From the NCBI GenBank assembly GCA_041666745.1, contig JBAYGI010000005.1:7748-71747 (forward strand): a stretch of 64,000 bases of DNA. The letters are read 5' to 3'. This stretch comes from Candidatus Magasanikiibacteriota bacterium. GTDB lineage: Bacteria > Patescibacteriota > Patescibacteriia > Magasanikbacterales > GWA2-37-8. Positions 50,149 through 59,353 of the stretch are shown here, piece after piece; the stretch's first letter is position 1; every line of letters starts with the position of its first letter. The position numbers and the translations under genes were made by a program. The notes beneath the pieces are model-generated. The model was not told the origin of the DNA. It worked only from the letters and a program-made list of their open reading frames with translations, and ran no database searches.

Positions 50149-50541
50149 TTAATTTTTGTTAAATTTCTCGACCTTTGAGAAAAGAACCCTCCGATATTTT
50201 AATATAATAATAAAAATAAATATAAATAAAATTATGGCTGTGACCGCAAACGCGAATTGATACCAAGGAATAAATTCTGCTAGCTCGCTATAAAAATCTG
50301 TAATTAAAGAAAAATCTATTTTGATACTATCTATAAATTCGGATAAAAATGTCCACCCTTGATCGGCCAATAATTCTGTATAAAACAAATATCCAAAAAT
50401 CAACGCGCTAAATAAAAATCCACAAAACAATCCAATTAAATAATATTTTCGCTTCGCAACTTTCACAGCTTTCATAATCTCTTGGTGCATTTTGCTAGAA
50501 ACCGCTTTTTCATCATTTAAATTTTGAAACATTTCATTCAT
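50149..50541 (-). CDS. membrane protein downstream of an ECF sigma factor (putative anti-sigma factor)
   Basis: 130 aa with a short cytoplasmic N-terminus and two TM helices. Overlaps the sigma gene stop by 4 nt. Confidence 0.4.
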   Translation of the reverse strand: MNEMFQNLNDEKAVSSKMHQEIMKAVKVAKRKYYLIGLFCGFLFSALIFGYLFYTELLADQGWTFLSEFIDSIKIDFSLITDFYSELAEFIPWYQFAFAVTAIILFIFIFIIILKYRRVLFSKVEKFNKN

Positions 50542-51086
50542 AAAATATCTCCTATATATTTTTGTAATTCGATTTTAGCTCGACGTAAATTTGTTTTGAC
50601 AGTATTAATCGAAATTTTTAAAACTCCGGCGATGTCGTCGTAAGTTAGCTGGTCGCGATAATACAGAAGTAAAATATTCTGATATGCCGGCTTTACTTTT
50701 TGTAATATCCTTTCTACCAAGTCTTTGTCCTCTATCTTCTTATACGACCAACTTTCATCAATTGTTTCAAATGGATTTTCTGGGTCATCTACTATATATA
50801 ACTCCGTGCTTTTTTTGGCTTTTCTTAGTCAATCATAAACCGTGTTGGTGGCCACCGTATAAACCCAAGTTCTAAATTTATACTGTGGATCAAAAGTTTT
50901 GATGGCCCTAAAAATCTTGATAAATGTTTCCTGCGTCAAATCCTCAGCATTTTCTTTGTGTTGAATAAAACGAAAAATATGCCCAAAAACCGGCTTTTCA
51001 TACAAAAACAAGAGCTGTTCAAATGCTTTGATATCCCCTGCTTGGGCGCGAGCGATAATTTCACTTTCCGAAATATTTTCTACCAT
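50538..51086 (-). pseudogene. ECF sigma-70 family factor interrupted by an in-frame TGA (codon 50829-50831)
   Basis: The region 2 ORF (…IFRFIQHKENAEDLTQETFIKIFRAIKTFDPQYKFRTWVYTVATNTVYD*) and the region 4 ORF (…AYQNILLLYYRDQLTYDDIAGVLKISINTVKTNLRRAKIEL) are in the same frame, separated only by a TGA. Confidence 0.5.
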
Positions 51087-51218
51087 ATATATTTCATATA
51101 AACTCCTCGGCTCGGAAAAGCAAAATATTTTGCTTTTCTCTCGCCTTCGTCGTTTATAAAAAGCATACCATTTTTGATATGCTTTTTCAACTTGTGATTT
51201 AACACTATTTAATCCGGA

Positions 51219-52313
51219 TCAAATTTCACTCTTTAAATCTTCCAATTTTTTACGAGCTTCGCGTGAAACTTTTTTTGGCACACGAATTTTTATTTTTACA
51301 AAATGATCGGCGCGAGTTGTTCTGCCCAAATGAGAAATTCCGTGTCCTTTCATTTTTATCAGCTGACCGGATTCTATTCCTTCGGGAATTGTCAAAGTAA
51401 CCGGACCGTCGATTGTTTCCACTTCTATTTTGTCACCAAGCACCGCTTGAGTAAAATTGATTTCGTTTTCAGTATATACATCAAAACCTTCACGATGAAA
51501 ATATTTGTTTGGTTTGATATGCGCGCGCACATAAAGATCACCACTTTGACCACCGTGCGGAGCGGCCTCACCATACCCCGACAACCGCAAAGATTCGCCG
51601 GTATTTATCCCAGCCGGAATTTTTACTTTGAGATCACTGGATTTGGCTACGATGCCATCACCACCACAATGTTTGCATTTTTTGCTTGGCCGTTCTCCCC
51701 TGCCCTGACAGGTCGGACAGGTCACGATAGCTTGCATCGTCCCCAAAAAAGTTCTTTGATTTTGCGCGACTTGTCCTTGTCCGCCACAGGTGTTGCATTT
51801 TTCCATTTTACTTCCCGGTTCACCACCGTTTCCACCACAAACATCACAAGCACTTTGTTTGCGCAAATGAATTTCTTTTTCAATACCAAAAGCCGCTTCT
51901 TTAAAATCTAATTCGACATCGACCTGGATATCACTGCCACGCTCTTGTCTGGAACTACGAGATCGTCCTCCTCCGAAAATATTTCCAAAGATATCACCGA
52001 GATCTTCACCACCAAAATCAAACTGAAAACCGCCACCTTGACCACCACGAGCCTGGCGCATAAAATCTTCCCAACTGGCACCACCACCAAAACCGCCTTG
52101 TTGTTCGAAATCCGAACCAAACTGATCGTATTTAGTACGTTTGTCAGTATCGTTAAGCACCTGATAAGCCTCATTCACCTCCTTGAATTTCTTTTCGTCA
52201 CCACCCGGACGATCCGGATGGTATTGCATGGCGGCTTTTTTGAAAGCTTTTTTGATCTCATCGGTGGTGGCATTTTTTTCTATGCCTAATATTTTGTAAT
52301 AATCTTTGGACAT
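51219..52313 (-). CDS. dnaJ: chaperone DnaJ
   Basis: J-domain with HPD, a G/F region, and four CxxCxGxG zinc-finger repeats. Confidence 0.9.
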   Translation of the reverse strand: MSKDYYKILGIEKNATTDEIKKAFKKAAMQYHPDRPGGDEKKFKEVNEAYQVLNDTDKRTKYDQFGSDFEQQGGFGGGASWEDFMRQARGGQGGGFQFDFGGEDLGDIFGNIFGGGRSRSSRQERGSDIQVDVELDFKEAAFGIEKEIHLRKQSACDVCGGNGGEPGSKMEKCNTCGGQGQVAQNQRTFLGTMQAIVTCPTCQGRGERPSKKCKHCGGDGIVAKSSDLKVKIPAGINTGESLRLSGYGEAAPHGGQSGDLYVRAHIKPNKYFHREGFDVYTENEINFTQAVLGDKIEVETIDGPVTLTIPEGIESGQLIKMKGHGISHLGRTTRADHFVKIKIRVPKKVSREARKKLEDLKSEI

Positions 52314-52316
52314 AAT

Positions 52317-52622
52317 TTATCTGCGATCTATATTTCCTTCACCGGTAATATTTTCTCTAACAAAATTATCAAATTCGGCAATTTGTTCCGGTGTGTGTTT
52401 TTTATCTTCACCCTCCCAAACATTTTTTGAATCTGTTACAATTGAGTTAATCAATATTTTTTTCTGGTCTTCACTGTCTAAATACATGTCGCCATACTCC
52501 AAAAACATACAACGACCACATATGGTATGTGAAAAACCTTCGCCTTCTATTTCCATATCTTTTTTAAATGTTCTTCCACATGTACCACATTGCACAATAG
52601 TCATATAATTTACTTTAAGCAC
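52317..52622 (-). CDS. small zinc-ribbon protein
   Basis: CGTCG…CGRC pairs. 101 aa. Sits between dnaK and dnaJ. Confidence 0.4.
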   Translation of the reverse strand: MLKVNYMTIVQCGTCGRTFKKDMEIEGEGFSHTICGRCMFLEYGDMYLDSEDQKKILINSIVTDSKNVWEGEDKKHTPEQIAEFDNFVRENITGEGNIDRR

Positions 52623-52665
52623 AGAATTAAATTTCTGACTCCTAGATTATACCACTTTAAAACAA

Positions 52666-54582
52666 TTATTTCACTACTTCACCTTCAATTGGGCCTTTGT
52701 CATCTGTCGGTGCACCACCAGCCGGGTTTTCGCCTTGTGGAGCGTTGTCAGTTTTATTTTTGGCGTCCGTCTGTTCCTTCTGATACATTTTCATACCAAC
52801 CGCTTGAGCGGCTTTGGAAAGTTCTTCAGCGGTTTTTTTGATTGCTTCGACATCATCTTTATCTTTTACTTCTTTGACCGCTTTCAAAGTTTCTTCCACT
52901 TTGGATTTTTCTTCGGCGGTAATTTCTATTTTCTTTTCTTCCACATCTTTCATCATTTTTTCGGTAGTGTAAATCATCGAATCGGCAATATTGCGAGCTT
53001 CGATTAATTCTTGTTTTTTCTTATCTTCATCGGCATGCAACTCCGCTTCTTTTTTCATCTTTTCGATTTCTTCTTTACTCAAACCGGAAGATGATTCGAT
53101 ACGAATACTTTGTTCTTTGTTGGTACCTTTGTCTTTGGCCTTTACATTCAAAATACCATTGGCATCAATATCAAAAGTAACTTCCACCTGAGGAATACCG
53201 CGTGGCGCCATTGGAATACCATCCAAAATAAAGCGACCCAAAGATTTGTTGTCAGCGGCCATTGGACGCTCCCCTTGCAAAACATGAATTTCTACACTTG
53301 GTTGGTTGTCTGCGGCAGTAGAAAATGTTTGAGATTTGGAAGTTGGAATAGTAGTATTGCGTTCGATCAACTTAGTCATCACCGAACCCATAGTTTCGAT
53401 ACCAAAGGAAAGTGGTGTTACATCGAGCAACAACACATCTTTGACGTCACCTTTGAGCACACCACCTTGCACGGCTGCGCCCACGGCTACTACTTCATCC
53501 GGATTCACATTAATATTTGGTTTTTTACCAAAGAATTTTTCTACCATTTGTAATACCAACGGCATGCGAGTCATACCACCGACCATTACTACTTCATTGA
53601 GATCGCCAACTTTTAATTTGGCATCTTCGAGTGCTTTTTTTACCGGCTCCAAAGTTTTTTCCACCAAAGCGCCAACCAATTCTTCCAATTTGGAACGGGT
53701 TAGTTTCATTACCAAATGTTTTGGGCCATTGGCATCGGAAGTAATAAACGGCTGGTTGATTTCACTTTCTTGAGCGGTGGACAATTCGATTTTGGCTTTT
53801 TCGGCCGCTTCCTTAATACGTTGTAAAGACAACGGGTCATTGCCCAAATCAATACCTTGATCTTTTTTAAATTCATCCAAAATCCAACGAATAATCACTT
53901 GATCAAAATCATCACCACCAAGATGAGTATCTCCATTGGTGGAAAGCACCTGAACATTATCCGGCGCAACTTCGAGAATAGAGATATCAAAAGTACCGCC
54001 ACCCAAATCATAGACAGCGATTTTTTGTTCAGTCTTTTTATCAAAACCATAAGCCAAAGCGGCGGCGGTTGGTTCATTCACTATGCGCAATACTTTCAAA
54101 CCGGCAATTTCACCGGCGTCTTTGGTCGCCTGACGTTGAGAGTCGTTGAAATAAGCTGGCACGGTAATTACCGCTTCAGTAATTTTTTCACCCAAACGTT
54201 CTTCGGCATCCGCTTTCATTTTTTGCAAAATCATCGCTGAAATTTCCTGCGGACTATATTCTTTTCCTTGTAATATCACTTTCACGCCTTCGCCGGCTTT
54301 GACGATTTTGTATGGCATGAGTTTGAGATCTCGTTGTACTTCTTCGTCATTCCAACTGCGACCGATAAGACGCTTGATGGAAAACAAAGTGTTTTCCGGA
54401 TTAGTTACCGCCTGACGTTTTGCCAACTGACCAACCAAACGTTCGCCACTTTTTGAAATAGCCACGATGGATGGAGTAGTGCGAGCGCCTTCTTTATTTT
54501 CCAATACCTTTGGCTGACCACCTTCGATGATGGACATACAACTATTGGTTGTGCCGAGATCGATTCCTAATACTTTGGACAT
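52666..54582 (-). CDS. dnaK: chaperone DnaK (Hsp70)
   Basis: [16 protein letters not shown], the Hsp70 signatures. 638 aa. Confidence 0.95.
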   Translation of the reverse strand: MSKVLGIDLGTTNSCMSIIEGGQPKVLENKEGARTTPSIVAISKSGERLVGQLAKRQAVTNPENTLFSIKRLIGRSWNDEEVQRDLKLMPYKIVKAGEGVKVILQGKEYSPQEISAMILQKMKADAEERLGEKITEAVITVPAYFNDSQRQATKDAGEIAGLKVLRIVNEPTAAALAYGFDKKTEQKIAVYDLGGGTFDISILEVAPDNVQVLSTNGDTHLGGDDFDQVIIRWILDEFKKDQGIDLGNDPLSLQRIKEAAEKAKIELSTAQESEINQPFITSDANGPKHLVMKLTRSKLEELVGALVEKTLEPVKKALEDAKLKVGDLNEVVMVGGMTRMPLVLQMVEKFFGKKPNINVNPDEVVAVGAAVQGGVLKGDVKDVLLLDVTPLSFGIETMGSVMTKLIERNTTIPTSKSQTFSTAADNQPSVEIHVLQGERPMAADNKSLGRFILDGIPMAPRGIPQVEVTFDIDANGILNVKAKDKGTNKEQSIRIESSSGLSKEEIEKMKKEAELHADEDKKKQELIEARNIADSMIYTTEKMMKDVEEKKIEITAEEKSKVEETLKAVKEVKDKDDVEAIKKTAEELSKAAQAVGMKMYQKEQTDAKNKTDNAPQGENPAGGAPTDDKGPIEGEVVK

Positions 54583-54600
54583 ATATGTATATTCTTACCT

Positions 54601-54624
54601 GTCATTCCCACGAAAGTGGGAATC
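54601..54624. repeat. palindromic repeat element copy (GTCATTCCCACGAAAGTGGGAATC)
   Basis: 8-bp stem with GAAA loop, 19 nt upstream of the dnaK start. Confidence 0.7.
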
Positions 54625-54655
54625 CCAGAGTTATTAATTTATTTTATTTTTTATT

Positions 54656-54679
54656 GTCATTCCCGCGAAAGCGGGAATC
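54656..54679. repeat. palindromic repeat element copy (GTCATTCCCGCGAAAGCGGGAATC)
   Basis: Consensus copy in the dnaK 5' region. Confidence 0.7.
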
Positions 54680-54995
54680 TGCGATTATTGATTACTTAAA
54701 AATCAAATTCTTTTTTTCTGCCTTGAGCTTGATCTAACCAGCTGTTTTTGTAACCAATCTTATATCCTTCTTTGTAAACCAAATACATGATAAAAACGAT
54801 ACCAACTAATTTTAATGTCAATTCCATATATAAAAATAATTTAAATTTATTCATCATTTGGATTAATTTTTCTTTTAATTCGCCACACATCGTTTTGCAA
54901 ACCAATTATTCTACTTTTAATATCTACCACAAAATAGATCATTACGACTAATAAAACTGAAAGAATTAATAATAAAATATTTGTCATATATAAAA

Positions 54996-55352
54996 TTAAT
55001 TTAAATTTAAAATATAATTTTTATCAGAGACACCACCATCTTGCTTCGCCTTATCAAATCTATTAAATTCCAAAAAATGTTTTATTTCCATTAAAACATG
55101 GATAAACAATTCCCAATGCATACCAACATTAACATTGATTTGTTTTATCTTTTTTACGCAAAAATGAATATTATGAATTTTAGTTCCATGAACATCAACT
55201 ACTAAAATATATTCCCAATAACCCATTTTATTTTCAATTTCATGTATCAAAGTACAATTAATTTTATAATTATTAAATAAATAAACATACTTGCCTTTTA
55301 TAGAGGAACTCGCTGGGGATGTTATTAAATTAAAATCTTCATTTTGACTCAT
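54996..55352 (-). CDS. hypothetical protein in AT-rich insertion
   Basis: 118-aa ORF in a very AT-rich (<30% GC) block. Confidence 0.3.
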   Translation of the reverse strand: MSQNEDFNLITSPASSSIKGKYVYLFNNYKINCTLIHEIENKMGYWEYILVVDVHGTKIHNIHFCVKKIKQINVNVGMHWELFIHVLMEIKHFLEFNRFDKAKQDGGVSDKNYILNLN

Positions 55353-55358
55353 AAATTT

Positions 55359-56003
55359 TTAATTATTTTGCTTCAAAATATTCTGCATTTTATTACTAAA
55401 ACTAAAACATGTGATACCTAATAGCGAAAAAATAGATAAAACTAACAAAATTCCACTAGGTATATTGAACCCTCCGACAAATAATAAATGTAATAAAACC
55501 ACAAATATTAACAGTACGCAAGCCAAAGAAATTATCATGAGCATAGCTATTCTAAAATCTGTGTCGCTTCTAATTATATTAATATTAATTAAAATAAAAG
55601 CCAAAATAGCGGTAAAAATACCCATAATTTCTATAAAATTGATTTGTAAATTTTTGCTTTTTTCATCTATTTTTTTATCTATTTGATTTAAAAAATCTGT
55701 TTGCTCAATCTTTAATTTATTTACATCAAGAATCAATGGCGTTATTTCTTTCTGTATTATATCTCTTGTGTGTTCGTCAGCATATGTTCCTTTGTCGCTG
55801 TCTGATAATTTTGTAAAAACACATTCACCGGTTGCTGTGCATTTTAAACCATAATTTGGATTTGTAACATTAGACAGACTATATGAAGATGGTGTTGTAA
55901 TAGATGAAAATTCTATTCCTTTTGTAGTATCATTAGATTTACAACCAGCACCCATTAACATAACTACTACTACTACTAATACTGTAAAAATTTTTAATTT
56001 CAT
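55359..56003 (-). CDS. lipoprotein with two C-terminal TM helices
   Basis: Lipobox LMGAGC, a central coiled-coil-like region, and two TM helices. 214 aa. Confidence 0.45.
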   Translation of the reverse strand: MKLKIFTVLVVVVVMLMGAGCKSNDTTKGIEFSSITTPSSYSLSNVTNPNYGLKCTATGECVFTKLSDSDKGTYADEHTRDIIQKEITPLILDVNKLKIEQTDFLNQIDKKIDEKSKNLQINFIEIMGIFTAILAFILININIIRSDTDFRIAMLMIISLACVLLIFVVLLHLLFVGGFNIPSGILLVLSIFSLLGITCFSFSNKMQNILKQNN

Positions 56004-56009
56004 AAAAAA

Positions 56010-56561
56010 TTAAATTTTAATTTTTTCCAAACATTTTTTATATAATTCTTTTCCAATTTCTTTCGCTCTGTCCATCATCCGATTATACATATACTCAATT
56101 TTGAACTTTCCATTTTCTTTACCGTGATTTACTAAATATGGATCAAAATTGGAGTCAAAAAATGATAAACTATCTGCGTCCATTAAATAATTCGCATCCT
56201 CATCGCCACCCACCTCGTGTTTTTCCACCAATGTTTTTACCAGTTGAATAAACTTTTCATCAAAATTATACTTTTTTAATAATTCAGCAATAATTCTACC
56301 ACTTTCGTTTGCGTGCGCTTGTTTATATTCTTCATAATTAGAATATTTATCTCCCCACTGCCCTTCATTTATTCTGTTGGCACCATGAAAACCTCGCTCA
56401 ATATCGTGACCCAAAGCGGCGATTTGCAGGGCTTCGTCTGCGTCGGGTTTTAATTTCAACAACCATTTCAGAGTTGTTTGTGAGTGTTGTGCGTCAGTTT
56501 TAATAACCGAGTTAGTCATCAACCGTTCTATCTCCTTTTTTATTTCTTCAAAATTATTCAT
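56010..56561 (-). CDS. HD-domain phosphohydrolase-like protein
   Basis: H…ALGHDIER…D motif arrangement. 183 aa. Confidence 0.5.
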   Translation of the reverse strand: MNNFEEIKKEIERLMTNSVIKTDAQHSQTTLKWLLKLKPDADEALQIAALGHDIERGFHGANRINEGQWGDKYSNYEEYKQAHANESGRIIAELLKKYNFDEKFIQLVKTLVEKHEVGGDEDANYLMDADSLSFFDSNFDPYLVNHGKENGKFKIEYMYNRMMDRAKEIGKELYKKCLEKIKI

Positions 56562-56655
56562 ATTGCAATTTTTGTATTTTATGATATATTACATTCATCA
56601 CGATGAGAGGTTACCCGAAGGGTTCTGTCCCTAGGCTATACCTCTTTTTTTTGTT

Positions 56656-56700
56656 GTCATTCCCGCACCCGCTTCGCGAGTATAAACTCCAGCGGGGATC
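56656..56700. repeat. palindromic repeat element, expanded variant
   Basis: GTCATTCCCGC-[ACCCGCTTCGCGAGTATAAACTCCAGC]-GGGGATC, with a 27-nt insertion in the loop. Confidence 0.5.
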
Positions 56701-56707
56701 TTTTTAT

Positions 56708-56998
56708 TTAAAATGGTTTTAACGTTGGATAAAGATCGTTCCACTCTGGATTATCTTTTTCTATCAATTCTGTTTTCCATTTTCTATTCCACTTTTTAAT
56801 TTGTTTTTCTCTGGTTATGGCATTTCTTACATCGTCATATTGTTCGTAATAAACTAAATTGTGAATGTGATATTTTTGGGTGAAACCTTCTATTGTCTCT
56901 TGTTTGTGTTCGTGGATTCTTCTTAATAGATTATTTGTCACACCTACATACAATACGCCATTTTTCTGGTTGGATAATATGTAGATGTAATAAGTCAT
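56708..56998 (-). CDS. standalone GIY-YIG nuclease family protein
   Basis: MTYYIYILSNQKNGVLYVGVTNNLLRRIHEHKQ carries the GIY…YVG and R/E/N motif arrangement. 96 aa. Confidence 0.75.
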   Translation of the reverse strand: MTYYIYILSNQKNGVLYVGVTNNLLRRIHEHKQETIEGFTQKYHIHNLVYYEQYDDVRNAITREKQIKKWNRKWKTELIEKDNPEWNDLYPTLKPF

Positions 56999-57010
56999 AG
57001 CCCCCTCTTA

Positions 57011-57125
57011 GATCCCCGTTTTCACGGGGATGACAATTGATTAGATTCCCATTTACATGGGAATGACAATGTTTATTAGATTCCCGCTTTCGCGGGAATG
57101 ACACAATTTTATTTATTAGAATGAC
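57011..57125. repeat. tandem cluster of three and a half palindromic repeat copies (reverse orientation) upstream of the GIY-YIG gene
   Basis: GATCCCCGTTTTCACGGGGATGAC (57011-57034), GATTCCCATTTACATGGGAATGAC (57044-57067), GATTCCCGCTTTCGCGGGAATGAC (57079-57102), and partial GAATGAC (57119-57125). Stem positions covary. Confidence 0.7.
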
Positions 57126-57139
57126 AAATTAAAAATAAA

Positions 57140-57574
57140 TTATTTTGTCTTTTTTGTAATTTTTATTTCTACTTTTTTTGGTTCGGCTGTTTTGGTTTTT
57201 GGACAAGTGATTTTCAGTATTCCATCTTCAAAACTAGCTTCTACATCATTTTCCAATACCACTGTCGGCAAAGCTATCTGACGGTAAAAAGCACCACTGC
57301 GAACTTCTTTGCGATAATAATTTTTTTCTTCAATCTCATGTTCTTTGTGATTTTCACCTTGTAAAGTGAGCACACCGTTTTCTACACTCACTTTCACGTC
57401 TTCCGGGTTGAATCCGGCCAAAGGTGTTTCCACCACCACCGCCTTATCTGTTTCATAAACATCCACCGCCGGTGTAAAAGCTTTCATGGTTGAATTTACG
57501 GCCGGCAGACGATTGAAAGCTTCGTCTACTTGATCAAATGGATCCCACATTGGAGACCAACGAATTAATGACAT
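57140..57574 (-). CDS. Hsp20/alpha-crystallin small heat-shock protein
   Basis: 144 aa with the alpha-crystallin domain (…AFTPAVDVYETDKAVVVETPLAGFNPEDVKVSVENGVLTLQGE…). Confidence 0.8.
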   Translation of the reverse strand: MSLIRWSPMWDPFDQVDEAFNRLPAVNSTMKAFTPAVDVYETDKAVVVETPLAGFNPEDVKVSVENGVLTLQGENHKEHEIEEKNYYRKEVRSGAFYRQIALPTVVLENDVEASFEDGILKITCPKTKTAEPKKVEIKITKKTK

Positions 57575-57607
57575 ATATATTTTTTATTAATTGATTTAAT
57601 TTAAATG

Positions 57608-57631
57608 GATTCCCGCTTTCGCGGGAATGAC
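57608..57631. repeat. palindromic repeat element copy in the hsp20 5' region
   Basis: GATTCCCGCTTTCGCGGGAATGAC. Confidence 0.7.
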
Positions 57632-57633
57632 AA

Positions 57634-58203
57634 TCACTTCGTGATTATCACTTTTGCTACTTTTACTATTTTATTTCCCATTTTATAACCTCCAGACACC
57701 TCTTTGATTATTTCGCCAGTTTCTTTTCCTTCCATTTCCTCCTCGCCTACACTTTCGTGCATAGCGGGATCAAATTTTTCACCAACTGTTTTTATTTCTT
57801 CAATACCATGACTTTTCAAAACATCTCCAAACTGTTTCATGATATATCCGATACCATCTGTCCAACTTTTTATTTGTTTGTGTTCTTCGTTGTCTGGTTG
57901 TAAAACCGGGTGGTGGAAAAAAGCGGTTTTGAAATTTTCATATACTGGAATAAAATCCTCCAAAATCATCACTTTACTCATTTGCGCCCATTCACCGCGA
58001 CGCTCACTGGTTTCTTTTTGTAAATTTTTGTAATCCGCCAAAGCGCGTTGCCAATCTTTTTTATATTCTTCCGCTTTGTTGTTATTTTCTTCGCAATTTT
58101 TACATTTCTTATTAAAAAACTTTGATTTTTCTTTTATATCTTCGCTCGGAATGACAACTTCTTCGTCTGGTTTTTCTTCTAATGGTTTTTGATCATCACT
58201 CAT
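57634..58203 (-). CDS. grpE: nucleotide exchange factor GrpE
   Basis: N-terminal coiled coil and C-terminal GrpE beta-domain. 189 aa. Confidence 0.8.
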   Translation of the reverse strand: MSDDQKPLEEKPDEEVVIPSEDIKEKSKFFNKKCKNCEENNNKAEEYKKDWQRALADYKNLQKETSERRGEWAQMSKVMILEDFIPVYENFKTAFFHHPVLQPDNEEHKQIKSWTDGIGYIMKQFGDVLKSHGIEEIKTVGEKFDPAMHESVGEEEMEGKETGEIIKEVSGGYKMGNKIVKVAKVIITK

Positions 58204-58204
58204 A

Positions 58205-58885
58205 TTATTTTGTTAAAATAGTTTTTACCATTTCTAAAAGTGTATAATTGCGTTTGTAGTTGGTGCGTAATGGAGATAATAAAGTAACCAGACTGTTGCC
58301 AAATTTAAACGACGTGGCAGACAGCATACTTCCAAACGGATGTTCGTCACCAATAAAAATTTTTATTTCTTCAGATACTAAATTATAAAATTCCGGAATA
58401 CAATCTTCACATCGATCAAACACCTGTGAAATATCCCCTACCACACCAAGCTCTACAAATTCCGGCTTGGAAAATAAATTGGATAATCCGGTGTAATAAA
58501 TAGAATTTGGTGAAAAAGCAAAAATCACTGTTTCTTGAGTAATCACCGCCAACGATTTTGATAAATTTTTCTGAGCCTGAATTTTGTCTTCCAGAGCAAA
58601 AAAACTTTCCAAAGCATCTGCTTCTTTTTTGTTAATTTTTAATTTATCCCATTCTATTTTTTCCAAATAATATTTATAACCCTTTTCGGTAGGAATACGA
58701 CCGGCACTGGTATGAGGATGAGTAAGATAACCCACTTCCTCAAGCTCGCGAAGTTCATTGCGTACAGTAGCTTCACTCAAATCCAGCTCGGCATCCGATA
58801 CCAAAAACTTAGACCCGATTGGTTGGGCGGTATCAATGTATTTTTCAATAACCAAGGTGAGTAGTTGTTCTTGACGAGGGTTCAT
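58205..58885 (-). CDS. hrcA: heat-inducible transcription repressor HrcA (start revised to ATG 58885; the track ORF extends to a TTG at 58927 that lies inside the promoter spacer)
   Basis: MNPRQEQLLTLVIEKYIDTAQPIGSKFL…, the HrcA N-terminal wHTH. The CIRCE operator sits immediately upstream. Confidence 0.8.
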   Translation of the reverse strand: MNPRQEQLLTLVIEKYIDTAQPIGSKFLVSDAELDLSEATVRNELRELEEVGYLTHPHTSAGRIPTEKGYKYYLEKIEWDKLKINKKEADALESFFALEDKIQAQKNLSKSLAVITQETVIFAFSPNSIYYTGLSNLFSKPEFVELGVVGDISQVFDRCEDCIPEFYNLVSEEIKIFIGDEHPFGSMLSATSFKFGNSLVTLLSPLRTNYKRNYTLLEMVKTILTK

Positions 58886-58886
58886 A

Positions 58887-58940
58887 TTAGCACTCAAACT
58901 ATACGAGTGATAATATACCACCCCCAAAATTAGCTGTCAA
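58887..58940 (-). promoter_or_regulatory. sigma-70-type promoter (TTGACA-17-TATATT) overlapped by a CIRCE inverted repeat
   Basis: On the minus strand: TTGACAgctaattttgggggtggTATATTATCACTCgtatagtttGAGTGCTAA. The CIRCE consensus TTAGCACTC-N9-GAGTGCTAA is matched with one mismatch. Confidence 0.6.
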
Positions 58941-58949
58941 GGGTAAAAA

Positions 58950-59278
58950 CTTATCCACACGCGTTCGGGCTGGACTATTGCTAAAAATCCCAAACCATGC
59001 TTTAATATGGCCTATCTGCGACTGGAATGAATGGAGGCTCACAAGTGTCCAACCTAGACGCTTTTGCGCTTATGGAGCGGTACCACTTTGTCCGGCGGCA
59101 CCATGACAGAACGCGCAAGACTCTAGGTTATACTGGAGTACAACGATTCTTACCCAGTAGACAGATCCTGGACGGTTCCATGTTACTTCACGCGTCTGTC
59201 AGGCGCGAAAAAGTACGGGGACCGTCCAGGCCCCCATACTAAAATCAAAATACCAACTAAATTAGTTGGTATTTTTTT
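58950..59278 (+). ncRNA. candidate structured RNA or foreign fragment: about 300-nt block of about 52% GC ending in a hairpin terminator
   Basis: GC content is well above the flanks. Multiple GC helices (e.g. GGACGGTTCC…GGGGACCGTCC). Terminator ACCAACTAAATTAGTTGGTATTTTTTT at 59248-59278. The only ORF (59027..59242) looks spurious. Confidence 0.3.
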
Positions 59279-59280
59279 TA

Positions 59281-59304
59281 GATCCCCGTTTTCACGGGGA
59301 TGAC
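59281..59304. repeat. palindromic repeat element copy plus two 3' partial copies (59318-59326, 59340-59348)
   Basis: GATCCCCGTTTTCACGGGGATGAC, then GGGAATGAC and GGGGATGAC fragments. Confidence 0.65.
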
Positions 59305-59353
59305 AATTCTTTATGTTGGGAATGACATTTCTTTATTTTGGGGATGACATTTG

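Noticed and set aside
50829-50831. Genome-wide UGA recoding (genetic code 25, as in Gracilibacteria/SR1) as an explanation for the in-frame TGA in the ECF sigma gene
   Set aside because: All other long genes (dnaG at 981 aa, the 1460-aa surface protein, dnaK, pyrG and others) are uninterrupted under the standard code. The TGA is therefore a local lesion or local event, not a code change.
57011-57125. Possible CRISPR array (three and a half closely spaced 24-nt repeats)
   Set aside because: Inter-repeat spacers are only about 9-16 nt and the repeats are palindromic variants of a family that is also dispersed singly (54601, 54656, 57608, 59281, 61598) in both orientations. No cas genes. This is REP/MITE-like, not CRISPR.
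58886-58927. N-terminal extension of hrcA to 58927 (MGVVYYHSYSLSAN…)
   Set aside because: The extension starts at a TTG lying inside the -35/-10 spacer of the promoter and reads through the CIRCE operator. The internal ATG at 58885 gives the canonical HrcA N-terminus.
59027-59242. 71-aa ORF on the plus strand inside the GC-rich block upstream of hrcA
   Set aside because: Arg/His-rich and low-complexity with no RBS. Its existence is explained by local GC enrichment. The block is treated as a candidate RNA instead.
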